64,000 nt of DNA, from contig NZBT01000008.1 in NCBI GenBank assembly GCA_002688015.1, forward strand, positions 2,852-66,851, read 5' to 3'. A program made the position numbers and the translations under genes. Shown piece by piece: positions 1-11,137 of this stretch. The stretch is from Candidatus Pacearchaeota archaeon. Lineage in GTDB: Archaea; Nanobdellota; Nanobdellia; Pacearchaeales; GW2011-AR1. The notes beneath the pieces are model-generated. The model was not told where the DNA came from and did not search any database. It worked only from the letters and a program-made list of their open reading frames with translations. The number at the start of each line of letters is the position of its first letter. Positions within the stretch are counted from its first letter, which is position 1.

Positions 1-20
1 AAGTAGCTTATTAAAATAAT

Positions 21-1646
21 CTACTTTTTCTTTCCTTTTTTTTCGAGAAGTCTCTTATAAAGATACTTAGCGATGTATGGTTTTCCAAACATAGAGTGCA
101 ATAACAACTTATACAGATAAAGATCAAAAAACAATCTCCCCTTATTTTGAGATGCCCTTAAAGGAGCTTCAAAAGCAGGCAAAACTACTCCTCCAATTTC
201 CTCATAAACTATCGGCTTTTCGCTTCTTACCTGTATTAAAGGAGACAAAATAAAACTTACCCTCTCTTCCGTAAACAATCCCTCTTTATTATCATCAAAA
301 TCTTTAAACTTATCAAGATTCTTCACAAAAAAGTCCTTAGTAACAACAAGCTGACACAAATCAAGAAGACTAAAAAACCTGTCCTTCTTCAAAGCCTTAA
401 AGGAAGGCTCAGCATAGAATGATAAGTAATCACCAATTCCATTTGAATACAAATAATAATCGCAACAACTAATCTCTTTCCCTGTTTTTTTCAAACCATA
501 AGCCTGAAAATAATTTCTATGTTTAGAGATTCTACATCTTTTACTTGTAAACGCAACATAATCACTATTTTTCACTTTATCACTTAAGCTCTCTTCATCA
601 AGTTTTAATTCAGTCTCATCTATTTCAATAACTTTCTTATTCAGTTTCGGCAATCCTACCTTTCCCAAGTTTTCCTTTCCTTCTTTCTTTAAAATATCTT
701 CAAAAATTTTTCTAAATTCTGCTTCTTGAGAATATGTCTCCAAAACTTTTTTGTAAGCCCTTCCCTCTATTTCTCTTCTTTCTTTTTCATTCTTCAAATA
801 ATATTTAACTTTCTCTAACAAGTCTTTCTTATCCTTAAATGTAACAAGCTCTTTATCTTTTTTCAATAAGTCATGATAAACTTTGAAATGTTCTGTTAAA
901 ATAAACGATTTACATGCAGAAGCTTCAAAAACTCTCGACTTAAAACTTGGCTTTCCTTGATAATTTTTTGAAAAACTCAAGTTTATTTTACTTTCATTAA
1001 GAACTCCAATCATCTCTTCTTGGCTCAATTTTCCAAAGTAAATATCCTTAAGCTCTGGATGTCTTTCCCATCCTGCTCCAAACACCCGTATATCAATTCC
1101 GTTATCCTTCAGAAATGTAACAAGCTCCGCCCTATCTGCCATAGGGGTCCCAATAAATGTTGCATCATACTTTTTTTCCAAGTCTTTAGGACAGAAATCA
1201 TTAGTATTAACTCCATAAGAATAATATGCATTCTTTATCCCTTCTGGTTTATATTTATGAAAGTATAATTTATGGCTCACTAAAGGAAAGTCCACAAACA
1301 AGGAGTAATACCTTGTATAAATCTCAAACTTAGTGTCATCATCCCCAAAAAAATTAACAACTCTTGTTTTAGGAGAAACTTCTTTTATCTTTAATAAAGT
1401 TTCAATATCAAACTCATCATAAATAAGCCACAGATAAATAAAATCAGGCTGCTCTTTTTCCACAACTTCTAAGAATTTCTTATTCATTGCCTTAATTCCA
1501 TACTTATATGAATACTCTTGAGGATCAAAAGTCACAAACTCCTTAAAAATTGCCTTCAATGGAGAATGCCAATTTTGATATGAAAAGTATCCTTTATTGT
1601 GACAAGCCCACGCAACAAAAAGCATTTTCTTATCTAATTTTTCCAT
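21..1646 (-). CDS. Two-domain protein: C-terminal half resembles CgeB-like glycosyltransferase (GT1-fold) domain; N-terminal half unknown
   Basis: ORF 541 aa; segment ...FGAGWERHPELKD...FEASACKSFILTEHF...KYYLKNEKERREIEGRAYKKVLETY resembles CgeB/DUF3880 C-terminal GT domain; sits in glycan cluster. Confidence 0.45.
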   Translation of the reverse strand: MEKLDKKMLFVAWACHNKGYFSYQNWHSPLKAIFKEFVTFDPQEYSYKYGIKAMNKKFLEVVEKEQPDFIYLWLIYDEFDIETLLKIKEVSPKTRVVNFFGDDDTKFEIYTRYYSLFVDFPLVSHKLYFHKYKPEGIKNAYYSYGVNTNDFCPKDLEKKYDATFIGTPMADRAELVTFLKDNGIDIRVFGAGWERHPELKDIYFGKLSQEEMIGVLNESKINLSFSKNYQGKPSFKSRVFEASACKSFILTEHFKVYHDLLKKDKELVTFKDKKDLLEKVKYYLKNEKERREIEGRAYKKVLETYSQEAEFRKIFEDILKKEGKENLGKVGLPKLNKKVIEIDETELKLDEESLSDKVKNSDYVAFTSKRCRISKHRNYFQAYGLKKTGKEISCCDYYLYSNGIGDYLSFYAEPSFKALKKDRFFSLLDLCQLVVTKDFFVKNLDKFKDFDDNKEGLFTEERVSFILSPLIQVRSEKPIVYEEIGGVVLPAFEAPLRASQNKGRLFFDLYLYKLLLHSMFGKPYIAKYLYKRLLEKKGKKK

Positions 1647-1737
1647 TGAAATTCTAAAAATCTGAGACTTAAAAGCTTATGTGTATAATCCCGAGAATTA
1701 ACATAATATATAAATACCAATATTTAATGAGAACTCT

Positions 1738-2709
1738 ATGGACATACTAATCACTGGAAATTGTGGCTATGTCGGCTCCATTATGACTGATCTCTTTCTT
1801 AAAGAGGGTCATAAGGTCATAGGATACGATATTCTCATGCACGGAAAAGAACACATGATTCATTTTGAAGACAATGAAAACTATGAGTTCCATAAAGGAG
1901 ACACAAGAGATTTCGATAAAATAGAGCCCCTAATAGAAAAATCAGACGTTGTTGTTCATTTAGCTGCAATACCTAGAGTTGACGACTGTCTTGACATAGA
2001 GCCAGAGATGTACGAAATCAATAGTAATGCATCAATAGAAATAGCCCGGCTTTGCTTAAAACATGATAAAAAAATAGTTTTCGCATCAACTTGTAGTGTT
2101 TACGGCATGTTAGAAGACGATAATGAAATTACTGAGGAATCAGAAGCAAATCCTACAACAATATATGCAAAAACAAAAGCAGAAGCAGAATTAGGAATCC
2201 AAAGGCTCTGTCCAGACGCGTTAATATGTAGATTTGCAACTGCTTATGGCTTCTCTCCAAGAATGCGTTATGATTTATTTATAAATGAAGTCACTCGTGA
2301 TGCTTATGTAAAGAAAAAAATAGAATTGTTCGATCCAAAAGTATGGAGATGTTTCATCAATACAAAAGATATGGCTCGTGGCGTTCTCTTTCTTTTAAAA
2401 AATGATAAATCTGGCATTTATAATATTGGCTCTAACGATCAGAATGTAAACAAAACAAAGATAGTAGATTCAATAAAGAATGAAATTGGAGATTTCCAAA
2501 TCGATATTCTAAGAGAGAAAAAAGATCCAAGAGATTATAGAATAAACTTTGATAAAATTACAAACCTCGGTTTTTCTATAGAAAAGGAAATCCAAACAGG
2601 AATTAAAGATATGGTTGAACACCTTTCCTTGCCAGGAATCAATCCCTATGATATAAAATACACAAATTACAAGAAATTACCTGAAAGATTCGTCAAAGAC
2701 TCTTCTTAG
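1738..2709 (+). CDS. NAD-dependent epimerase/dehydratase (extended SDR family)
   Basis: N-terminal Rossmann motif ILITGNCGYVGS; YxxxK-type catalytic region (YAKTK); 323 aa. Confidence 0.8.
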   Translation: MDILITGNCGYVGSIMTDLFLKEGHKVIGYDILMHGKEHMIHFEDNENYEFHKGDTRDFDKIEPLIEKSDVVVHLAAIPRVDDCLDIEPEMYEINSNASIEIARLCLKHDKKIVFASTCSVYGMLEDDNEITEESEANPTTIYAKTKAEAELGIQRLCPDALICRFATAYGFSPRMRYDLFINEVTRDAYVKKKIELFDPKVWRCFINTKDMARGVLFLLKNDKSGIYNIGSNDQNVNKTKIVDSIKNEIGDFQIDILREKKDPRDYRINFDKITNLGFSIEKEIQTGIKDMVEHLSLPGINPYDIKYTNYKKLPERFVKDSS

Positions 2710-3840
2710 TTTCTCTCTCTGAATTTCAATAGAAAACTTTTTCTTAATCGTTTCTTTTCCATTTCTTCCAAGACGTTCTCTCAATTTTTTATTCTTAACC
2801 AATTTCAACAAGGCTTTTTCTAGTCTCTCTATCAAATTAGGGTCATATTCCTTTATAATCCTCATAAATTCTTCAGATTTAGTATTCGTAGGATATTCCC
2901 TACTCTCATAAAGCTTATTCTTCTCAGATTTTTTAGCAATAATCCCGTTCTTTCCATTTTGCACATAATCTTTAACAGCATACGTATCAATTCCAAGTAT
3001 AGGAAGAGAAAAATTCATAGCCTCAAGAACAGCCATTAAAATATATTGATGACTTGGTAAAAACAAAATATCTGAACTAGAATACAGTTCTTCAAGCTTC
3101 TTTTTAGAGACAAGGTTCTCAATAACTTTTATGTTCTTATTCATCGCAATAGATCTTCTTAGCTCTTCAGGAATAAAACACCTTATGATCAACTCAACAT
3201 CTCTCTCTTTCTCTTGAACTTTCTCAAAAGTTCTAAGCACATCCAAACCCCCTTTAACATAAAAATCTCTCGGATTATTTACACTTCCCATAAACAAAAT
3301 TCTCACTTTCTTTCTCTTTCCGCCTTTTGTCTTTATCTTTGAAAGATTTATAGCAGGTCTTACAAGTATCAACTTATCTTTAATTCTCTTACTAAACTCT
3401 TTTTTCATAAAATTAAGAGAAGTTTCATGAGCACAAATAATCTTTTTACAGTTTTCTTTTTCTAAATTTTTCCCGATTTTATCCTTATTCTTTATGAAAA
3501 TCTTATAATTATTTCCAGCAAGAGAGAATGGAGAATCTAAAATATAAAGTATCCAGGCCTTCTCTCCATTATACAAGTGTCCAGTAGAGAAAATTAGATC
3601 TGCATCAGGAATTTCTTTCTCCTTTCTTAAACTATCAATAATTTTTGTAGTTGGAAAAACTTTTAAAAAAGAATGATAAATCTTTCTCAACACCTTGGAT
3701 TCCCTAGACTTGTTCAATAAACCTGTCTTCAATCCTTGTTTATTTCCAATAAGCTCATATCCCTTAGGAGGATTCTCAATTAAAGAATTATAAGCTGTAT
3801 GCGCTCCGACTATATTAGGATAAATCTGTATTTTTCTCAT
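2677..3840 (-). CDS. Glycosyltransferase family 4 (GT-B fold, group 1)
   Basis: 387 aa; C-terminal GT1 signature region ...FLPSHQYILMAVLEAMNFSLPILGIDTYAVKDYVQNGKNG; overlaps neighbours in operon. Confidence 0.75.
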   Translation of the reverse strand: MRKIQIYPNIVGAHTAYNSLIENPPKGYELIGNKQGLKTGLLNKSRESKVLRKIYHSFLKVFPTTKIIDSLRKEKEIPDADLIFSTGHLYNGEKAWILYILDSPFSLAGNNYKIFIKNKDKIGKNLEKENCKKIICAHETSLNFMKKEFSKRIKDKLILVRPAINLSKIKTKGGKRKKVRILFMGSVNNPRDFYVKGGLDVLRTFEKVQEKERDVELIIRCFIPEELRRSIAMNKNIKVIENLVSKKKLEELYSSSDILFLPSHQYILMAVLEAMNFSLPILGIDTYAVKDYVQNGKNGIIAKKSEKNKLYESREYPTNTKSEEFMRIIKEYDPNLIERLEKALLKLVKNKKLRERLGRNGKETIKKKFSIEIQREKLRRVFDESFR

Positions 3841-5360
3841 TTCGAAAACCTTTCTTTAATTGTTCTCCAAATCATTAGATCATTTCTATCAAGTCCTTTG
3901 AATAAGACTGCAAATATTATATACAATAGTAAGAAAAGCAATGCGACAGTAATAAGAGAAATAAAACTAGATGGAATATAAGATTTTAGATAACTTATAA
4001 TCACAGTAGGAATTATTACAGCCAAAACCAAATTCAACATTTTTCTTCTAATTGGGAAAACAGAGACCAAAGATTTCACTTCAAACAAGAGAACTAAACT
4101 TAACAAAACCCAAGTAGAAGAGGTTGCAAAAGCTGCTCCAACAATTCCAAACCTCGGTACTAATATGATATTCATAATAAGATTAATAACTGAAATAACA
4201 AGAACATTCATCAACATAAGCTTTGTTTTTCCTTTCATAGATAACAAATTTGTAGATAAAATCATAAATATAGAAGAAACTATTCCTCCGACAGCCAAAA
4301 TTCTCAAAGAATTATAACCTTGAATAAACGCCTCTCCAAACAAAACATTTATTATAGCTCCAGGAAATATAAAAATCATAACAAATAAAGGAAGATTAAG
4401 GGCAAATATCCACTTACTAACCTGTTTGCTAACTTCTTGAACAACCCTCATTCTTTTTTTAGAATACTCTCTAACAACTAATGGAAAGAAAAGCTGCATA
4501 AACAACTCTGGAGCAATTCCATAAAGTGAAACTATCGTAAAAGCGATACCATAAAAACCAACATCAGCAGAACTCATGAAAAATCCAATAACAAAACTAT
4601 CTACCCAATAAAATATCCCTCCAATAATACCTAAGAAAACAATTGGCCAAGAATAAGAAAAGTATTGATTTCTCAATTTTTTCTTTCCTTTTTCAAGATT
4701 TTTACTCTTCAAGACCTTAAGAACTTCTTTTCTTGAAGCAATATAAGCCATTATTGCAAATGCAATTACTGCTACTAAATAAGAAGTTATTATAGCCGAT
4801 CTAGTTAACCCAATAAAAAGCAAAGTACCAATTACCAAAATTCTAATTCCATTCTGGAATACACTATTAATAAAAGTGTACATAGCAATTTTTTCAAAAG
4901 ATCTCAAAACTGTAAGGAAAAGTCCCCCAATAATTGCTATTGGCACAGCAAAACTAAATGCCTTTAGGAAAATAACTAGTTCTGGATCATGGAAGAAATT
5001 TATCGCAATCGTCTCAGCAAGCAAAAACATAAGAACTCCAGCAATAACTCCCGAAAATAGATTGATATGGAATGTAAGTTTAAGCAAATATTTTGCTTTT
5101 TTCATATCTTTATTCTTATAAAGAGAAATATGTCTTAATAATCCATCAGATAGTCCAAGAGAAGCAAAGGAGACGAAAATACTAGTAACTATTAATGCAA
5201 GTGTAAAAAGTCCATATTCAGAAGGCCCAAAACCTCTAGCAATAATTATCTTGTATAGATAAGCAAGAAGTTTAGAGAGAATAACAAAGATTAACACAAT
5301 CACAGATGTCTTTGCCAATAACTTCAATGAGCTTCCTACTTCTGCATCGTCTCCATTCAT
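3837..5360 (-). CDS. Wzx-like oligosaccharide flippase (MOP/polysaccharide biosynthesis protein family)
   Basis: 507 aa, ~12-14 predicted hydrophobic helices, typical polysaccharide-transporter composition; glycan cluster context. Confidence 0.75.
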   Translation of the reverse strand: MNGDDAEVGSSLKLLAKTSVIVLIFVILSKLLAYLYKIIIARGFGPSEYGLFTLALIVTSIFVSFASLGLSDGLLRHISLYKNKDMKKAKYLLKLTFHINLFSGVIAGVLMFLLAETIAINFFHDPELVIFLKAFSFAVPIAIIGGLFLTVLRSFEKIAMYTFINSVFQNGIRILVIGTLLFIGLTRSAIITSYLVAVIAFAIMAYIASRKEVLKVLKSKNLEKGKKKLRNQYFSYSWPIVFLGIIGGIFYWVDSFVIGFFMSSADVGFYGIAFTIVSLYGIAPELFMQLFFPLVVREYSKKRMRVVQEVSKQVSKWIFALNLPLFVMIFIFPGAIINVLFGEAFIQGYNSLRILAVGGIVSSIFMILSTNLLSMKGKTKLMLMNVLVISVINLIMNIILVPRFGIVGAAFATSSTWVLLSLVLLFEVKSLVSVFPIRRKMLNLVLAVIIPTVIISYLKSYIPSSFISLITVALLFLLLYIIFAVLFKGLDRNDLMIWRTIKERFSK

Positions 5361-5469
5361 TATTTAATCTAATATACGAGATTTAAAAACCTATCAATCT
5401 CACTTAACAAGTAAAATATCTTTTCAAATGCAATCATCTTTAAATATATAACAAATTAAAAACCTCTGT

Positions 5470-6240
5470 ATGAACATAGTGATCCCGATTGCAGGAAGAG
5501 GTAGCAGATTCTTACAAGAATCTCACAGAAATCCAGATTATGCTAACCCGAAGCCCTTAATCAATATTGCAGGCCATTCAATGATAGAATGGGCACTCTC
5601 TTCTTATCCCTTAACAAAAGAAGACAAATTAATATTCATAGTAAGAAAAGATCATCTTGAGAATGCACAAATTGATGAAAAGCTAAAACAAATATTCGGA
5701 GAAAATATTTACATTGTCGTTGTAGATAAAATAACTGAAGGGGCTGCTTGCACAGCATTATTAGCAAAAGATTACATAAACAATGATGAACCTCTTTTAA
5801 TAACAGATTCAGATCACTATATCGATGGGCATGCACACTTCAAAGTAATAGAAAATCATGAAAAAGTTGATGGAGCAATCCCAGTATTTTATGCAAACAA
5901 TGCAAAATGGAGTTTCGCAAAAACAGATGAAGAAGGCTATGTTACAGAAACTGCAGAGAAAGTACAAATAAGTCGAAACGCAAACATTGGAGCATACTAT
6001 TTTGCCAAAGGTCGTGACTTCGTATGGGCTGCAGAAGAAATGATAGAAGAAGATGACAAAACAAATGGAGAATTTTACGTAGCCCCAGTTTACAACTATT
6101 TAATCAGGCGTGGAAAATCAATTCTTCTATCTCGTCCAAAATTCGTTCATGGTCTTGGAACTCCAAAAGATGTTGATAAATTTCTTGAATTCTTAAAAAG
6201 GGGAGAAATTAGACATAGATTTGCAAATATAAAAATCTAA
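5470..6240 (+). CDS. Sugar-phosphate nucleotidyltransferase-like protein (GT-A/NTP-transferase fold)
   Basis: N-terminal IVIPIAGRGSRF motif typical of NTP_transferase family; 256 aa. Confidence 0.5.
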   Translation: MNIVIPIAGRGSRFLQESHRNPDYANPKPLINIAGHSMIEWALSSYPLTKEDKLIFIVRKDHLENAQIDEKLKQIFGENIYIVVVDKITEGAACTALLAKDYINNDEPLLITDSDHYIDGHAHFKVIENHEKVDGAIPVFYANNAKWSFAKTDEEGYVTETAEKVQISRNANIGAYYFAKGRDFVWAAEEMIEEDDKTNGEFYVAPVYNYLIRRGKSILLSRPKFVHGLGTPKDVDKFLEFLKRGEIRHRFANIKI

Positions 6241-6264
6241 ATATCTAAAATTCTTTAAATAAAT

Positions 6265-6909
6265 ATGATAAAAGCGGTGTTGTTTGATCTCGACGGAGTT
6301 CTAGTAGATGCAGTAAAATTGCATCAGCAAGCATTTATCGACGCTATTGCTCCTTACAAGCACATAACAGAAGAAGAGCATATGCGTGATCTCAATGCTC
6401 TCCCAACAAAAGACAAGCTTGAAAAGCTCAAAATTCCAGAAGAATTCAGAGAAAAAATATATGAAGATAAACAAGAAAAAACATGGAAACTTATCTCTCA
6501 ATTGATTAGACCAATTCCAGAAGTCTTAGAAACAATTTCCGAAATTAAAAAGAAGGGACTTAAATTTGCAGTCTGTAGCAACTCTATAAGAAAAAGCACA
6601 GGACTCTTTTTAGAACATGCAGGTGTTTCTGGCTTTCAATTCTACTTTTCAAATCAAGATGTAGAAAATGCTAAACCAGATCCAGAAATGTATATCAAAG
6701 CAATGGAAAAACTTGGCATATCTAAAGATGAAGTTCTAATAGTAGAAGACGCTCCAAGAGGATTACAAGCAGCATATGATTCAGGAGCAAACGTATGCAA
6801 AGTAAACAATCCTTATGAGTTAAAAAAAGTATTATCCGTACTTAAAACTTATAATGGATCAGAAGAAGTTAAGCAGGATACTTATCTCCAAGAACAGAAG
6901 GAACCTTAA
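6265..6909 (+). CDS. HAD-superfamily hydrolase (beta-phosphoglucomutase-like phosphatase)
   Basis: Motif I VLFDLDGVLVD at N-terminus, motif IV IVEDAPRG; 214 aa. Confidence 0.75.
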   Translation: MIKAVLFDLDGVLVDAVKLHQQAFIDAIAPYKHITEEEHMRDLNALPTKDKLEKLKIPEEFREKIYEDKQEKTWKLISQLIRPIPEVLETISEIKKKGLKFAVCSNSIRKSTGLFLEHAGVSGFQFYFSNQDVENAKPDPEMYIKAMEKLGISKDEVLIVEDAPRGLQAAYDSGANVCKVNNPYELKKVLSVLKTYNGSEEVKQDTYLQEQKEP

Positions 6910-7189
6910 CAACAACATTTGTCGTATCCTCTAAAGCCTTAAAATCGGTCGCTTCTCCAGGCTCAATTAAAACAATATCTCCTTCTCCATGCTCAATATT
7001 GTTCATCAATACTTTCCCTTTAACAATCAAAGTCAATTCAGTAGCAATTTTATGAACATGTTTTGCTTCATAATCTCCTTCTTTATATTTCTGAACAGCA
7101 ACTTCACAATCTTTCGTCTTATGTCCGACAGGATCAAAATCCCCGACAAACCATCCTCTCGTCATATCATCCAGTTTAAATTTCTTCAT
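6869..7189 (-). CDS. Cupin-domain protein
   Basis: 106 aa; two His-containing beta-barrel motifs (HVHKIATE ... GDIVLIEPGEAT) typical of small cupins. Confidence 0.5.
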   Translation of the reverse strand: MKKFKLDDMTRGWFVGDFDPVGHKTKDCEVAVQKYKEGDYEAKHVHKIATELTLIVKGKVLMNNIEHGEGDIVLIEPGEATDFKALEDTTNVVVKVPSVLGDKYPA

Positions 7190-7201
7190 ACTTATTCCTC
7201 C

Positions 7202-8068
7202 CTAGTATTCTCCAGATCTAATTATATTTAAAACTTCCTCAGGAAAATCAGTACAAATTCCATCTGGCTGCAAAGCCACAATTTCCTTAATTCTAGAAAA
7301 AAGTCTTTCCTTATTCTCCGCATCTGGATGTGCCTCTCTCCCTAACAAACCAGGAGAAGTTCCATGTAAATCTGGAGTAACAAGAGCAATCTTATATCCT
7401 GTTTCTCTTAAAATATCAAATGTTTCTCTTGTATACAATTTCTTTTTCTTTCCTGCTGTATCAGAAAGATCCCACTCATCAAGCCAAACCCAATCATATC
7501 TGTCTTTGTGTTCCAAAGCATCTTCAACAGAAAGTAACGTTCCGTTTACAGCATAGTTATATCTTTCAATATCATGATCATGAGCAACACTCGGAGCCAA
7601 TTTAATTCCAGGAATTTTAGAATTAATAAACATGGCCCATCTAGGCTTAACATCAAAGACAAATATCCTTGCTAGAACTTTCTCTTTTTCTATAAGTTTT
7701 GAAGTCAATTTATCTAATTTTTCTCTATTTTGATAACTTCCCTTCAAATGCATCGCATTCATCCCGATACCAGAATTACTAATCAACTCTAAAACCTCTC
7801 CTAAGGAAGCAATTCTTCCTTCAGGGTTCCCATATCTTATTTCCGCAACTTCAGCCATTGTCATATCAGAGAATTTCCTAGAATCCTTTCCCCTAGTAAT
7901 CCTTTCCAAACCAGAATCATGAAAAACAATCAATCCGTCCTTACAAAAATTAACATCAAATTCAATCCCATATCCTCTTCTTAAGTGTTCTCTAAAAGCC
8001 TCATAGCTACTCTCAGGATAAAATCCTTCTTTACTTGGTTCTAACCCTCTATGTGTAAAAATTCTCAT
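7202..8068 (-). CDS. Glycerophosphodiester phosphodiesterase (GDPD family)
   Basis: N-terminal HRG...E.R...GIEFDV...DG..VVFHD motif pattern characteristic of GDPD. Confidence 0.75.
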   Translation of the reverse strand: MRIFTHRGLEPSKEGFYPESSYEAFREHLRRGYGIEFDVNFCKDGLIVFHDSGLERITRGKDSRKFSDMTMAEVAEIRYGNPEGRIASLGEVLELISNSGIGMNAMHLKGSYQNREKLDKLTSKLIEKEKVLARIFVFDVKPRWAMFINSKIPGIKLAPSVAHDHDIERYNYAVNGTLLSVEDALEHKDRYDWVWLDEWDLSDTAGKKKKLYTRETFDILRETGYKIALVTPDLHGTSPGLLGREAHPDAENKERLFSRIKEIVALQPDGICTDFPEEVLNIIRSGEY

Positions 8069-8126
8069 TTTAACTCCAAAAAAGCATTACATAAATCCTT
8101 TTAAATATATATCTTAAACAAAACAT

Positions 8127-9230
8127 ATGCAAAATGAGTACATGAAAGGAAAGGGCGTTAATCTTTCTAAGACAAATATTTCCAGAAGCGGCCTTTTCTC
8201 CTTAAGGAAGTTGACCCAGCCAGAATCTCTAGATTATACAGCAATATCAGACTTAGGGAAAACAAAGTTCTGGCCGATAATCTTAAAAGAAATGTTAATT
8301 TATACAAAACCTTCTGGTTTTATAATAATTAAATCAAAAAAAATAAAACAAAAAATGCTTCTCAAATCCTGTAAACTTCTCTTCTCTGACAAAGCAGCTC
8401 TAAGGTATCAGAACAAAAAGTCTGGAACTCTTGTCTTTCAAAAAACTTCTCCCTTTCTAAACAAATTAGATTCAATAGATAAATGGACAATCGGCATAAT
8501 AACAAATGGAAAGAAAAAAGATTGGATAGAAAAGCAAATTGAAGCCATAAGAGCTCTTAAGATCCCTACATATGAAATCATTCTTTGTGGGACATATCCT
8601 TACGAAATAGGAAAAGACACTAAATACATAAACTTTACAAAACAAGATGAAAGAGGATGGATTACTGCTAAGAAAAACAAAATCCTTGAAAACGCAAAAT
8701 ATGAAAATGTAATAGTCATGCATGATCGTATTGTCTTAAATCCAGACTTCCTTTCCGGAATGAAAAAGTATGGAAATTACTTTGAAGTTCTATCTTGTAA
8801 AATCTTCAATGATAAGAATGAAAGATGCGGAGATTGGATAACAAATGGAAATCCTTACAATAAATATCCTAGACTTGGTCTTCTTGACTATAAAGATTGG
8901 GACATAAATGGATGGATTGATGGCGGCTTTTATATTCTAAAGAAGAGCGTCTGGAAAAAGATTCAATGGGATGAATCTCTATTCTGGAACGAAGGAGAAG
9001 ACATGAAATTAACAAAAGACTGGCTTTCCTCTGGAATCTTGCCAAGATTCAATCCTTTCTCTTCTTGTAAAACACTGTCTTGGCGACATGGAGAATTCCC
9101 TAAATATGATTTTAATTCATATAAGTTAGGAAAAAGGCATTTCTCTGTCTGGCTAGAAATTAAAGACAGAATAATGTACCAATCAAAGAAATTAGCAAAA
9201 AGAATTTTGAGAGGCCCTAATTCTCTCTAA
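8127..9230 (+). CDS. Hypothetical protein, possible GT-A-like glycosyltransferase
   Basis: 367 aa, Trp-rich; segment IGIITNGKKKDWIEKQIEAIRA...IILCG weakly GT2-like; context only. Confidence 0.3.
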   Translation: MQNEYMKGKGVNLSKTNISRSGLFSLRKLTQPESLDYTAISDLGKTKFWPIILKEMLIYTKPSGFIIIKSKKIKQKMLLKSCKLLFSDKAALRYQNKKSGTLVFQKTSPFLNKLDSIDKWTIGIITNGKKKDWIEKQIEAIRALKIPTYEIILCGTYPYEIGKDTKYINFTKQDERGWITAKKNKILENAKYENVIVMHDRIVLNPDFLSGMKKYGNYFEVLSCKIFNDKNERCGDWITNGNPYNKYPRLGLLDYKDWDINGWIDGGFYILKKSVWKKIQWDESLFWNEGEDMKLTKDWLSSGILPRFNPFSSCKTLSWRHGEFPKYDFNSYKLGKRHFSVWLEIKDRIMYQSKKLAKRILRGPNSL

Positions 9231-11046
9231 AAGGTATAAAACCTGTTTTCAACACAACTAAAATCGTAATAAGAATAGAGAGATAAATTATCCAAAGAGA
9301 TAAATTATGTAAGATATAATCAAATCCTACAGGATCATAATTGTACACATAACTATTAAGATTTCTATACATATAAGGAACAAAATAAAAGCTATTTGCC
9401 TCATTGGCTTGATTAACTAATCCCAAACTTAATCCTGCATCAGCAGAATAAATCTTAAACTTCTCAGTCTTCTCCTTCTCTCCAAATAACTCATTTCCTC
9501 TATATGTATAAGACTTTATACTTTCAACTTCAGGCAGTTGCTCCCTTAATCCATCTAATCTCCCTTCACTACTACTATTAAGCTGCTGGTTTCTTGCAAC
9601 CCACCCCCAACCACAATCATCTATAACACATTCAACAACATGAAGCTTAATACTCATTTTTTGTTCATTAGGAATCTGCTGATTAACATCAAAAAAGTTT
9701 ACAAATTGTTGTAAATCAATAAAATTATGATCTGTTGCAAGCCAAAAGTTTTGTGCAGTATAAATTCTAGAGTCAAAAATAATTAAGTCATTTTTCTCAA
9801 CATTATTATTGATATAACTCTTTAACTGAGAATTTTCACTTTTTGAATAATAATTAGAAGGCGTTCCATACGCAGTCCCTAAACTAACAAACATTGCTCC
9901 AATCAAAATTACAAATAAAGCAAACACTATGACTCCCTTCTTCCCATTTCTATTGATCTTATTAAGAAGAGAATTTAATGAATATCCTGCAGGAATCGCA
10001 AAAAGAAAATGCATGAATACAAAGTGTTTCTGCAACGGAGCTCCTGCACTTTGTAAAATAAAAGGAATAATCAGAAAGATTAAGAAGAAAGACAGTTGCA
10101 CCTTCAACTTTCTCTTAAAAAACATAAAAATCCCAGCCAAACCAAATAATAACAGTACAGGATCTGTATGATAAAGTATATTATAATTCCCATAACTCCC
10201 AGGATTCAAAATATTATCAAAGAAAGACCTATCTTGCCCCGCTAAGCCTTGATAAAGCTCTTGAGCCTTCTCCACATGCACAACTCTACTGAAATAAACG
10301 TCCACAATACCCTTTTCTTTGTATATCAAATAATTAAAAGAAAGAATAGGCAAAACAAGTAAAAGCACAATAAATAATAGCAAAACAAGGTGTTTTACAT
10401 TCTCTTTAGAAAAGACACGTTCCCTATTCATCTTAACAAAATAAGCAGAAAATATTAAGAAACTTAGAAGAATAAATGGAGCATTGTACTTTGTTAGTAT
10501 TCCAAGGCCAAACAAAATTCCTGCAAAAATAAGATACTTCAAATTTTTCTCATCTAAATAAAGCATTCCAAAATAAACAGCAAGAAAAGAAAGGAAAAAT
10601 ACAACTAAACTATGTTCAGAAAAGGTCATTCTAATTAAGAAACTAGAAAAAGTCACAAAAAATGCCGCTAACAACGCAATTTTTTCATTAAACAATTTCT
10701 TCGTAATCAAGAAACTAACAATGATCAACAAACTTCCCATAATGAGAGGCCAAAATCTAGAAGCAAAAGTAGTAAATCCAAAGATCATAAAAGCCAAGTC
10801 ATTAAGATAAAAGAATAACGGAGGGTTTGAATGTGTTGAAAGTATTTTTGCATCAAAAATTCCAGCACTCTGAGAAGCGAAAACCATATCATCCGCTAAC
10901 GTCCCCAAGTTAAAAGCAGCAATTAATCTTAGAATAAACCCAACCAAAACTAAGATCATTAAAATTCTTTCATATCTCTTTTTAGGAGAATAAATCATAT
11001 TCAATATAGAGTCTAAAACTCTATCAAAAATCCTTCTTTTTGCCAT
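9217..11046 (-). CDS. Membrane glycosyltransferase, GT39/GT83-like (protein O-mannosyltransferase / ArnT-like)
   Basis: 609 aa; N-terminal multi-TM region with ...LRLIAAFNLGTLADDMVFASQS... resembling PMT_2/ArnT family; large C-terminal extracytoplasmic domain. Confidence 0.6.
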   Translation of the reverse strand: MAKRRIFDRVLDSILNMIYSPKKRYERILMILVLVGFILRLIAAFNLGTLADDMVFASQSAGIFDAKILSTHSNPPLFFYLNDLAFMIFGFTTFASRFWPLIMGSLLIIVSFLITKKLFNEKIALLAAFFVTFSSFLIRMTFSEHSLVVFFLSFLAVYFGMLYLDEKNLKYLIFAGILFGLGILTKYNAPFILLSFLIFSAYFVKMNRERVFSKENVKHLVLLLFIVLLLVLPILSFNYLIYKEKGIVDVYFSRVVHVEKAQELYQGLAGQDRSFFDNILNPGSYGNYNILYHTDPVLLLFGLAGIFMFFKRKLKVQLSFFLIFLIIPFILQSAGAPLQKHFVFMHFLFAIPAGYSLNSLLNKINRNGKKGVIVFALFVILIGAMFVSLGTAYGTPSNYYSKSENSQLKSYINNNVEKNDLIIFDSRIYTAQNFWLATDHNFIDLQQFVNFFDVNQQIPNEQKMSIKLHVVECVIDDCGWGWVARNQQLNSSSEGRLDGLREQLPEVESIKSYTYRGNELFGEKEKTEKFKIYSADAGLSLGLVNQANEANSFYFVPYMYRNLNSYVYNYDPVGFDYILHNLSLWIIYLSILITILVVLKTGFIPFREN

Positions 11047-11137
11047 ACCTGTCTCTATAAAGGCAAATTTAAATATCTATCTGAAAGCAAACAAATTATC
11101 GCAATAATTCTTTTAAATGCCTTAGATACATAGAGAT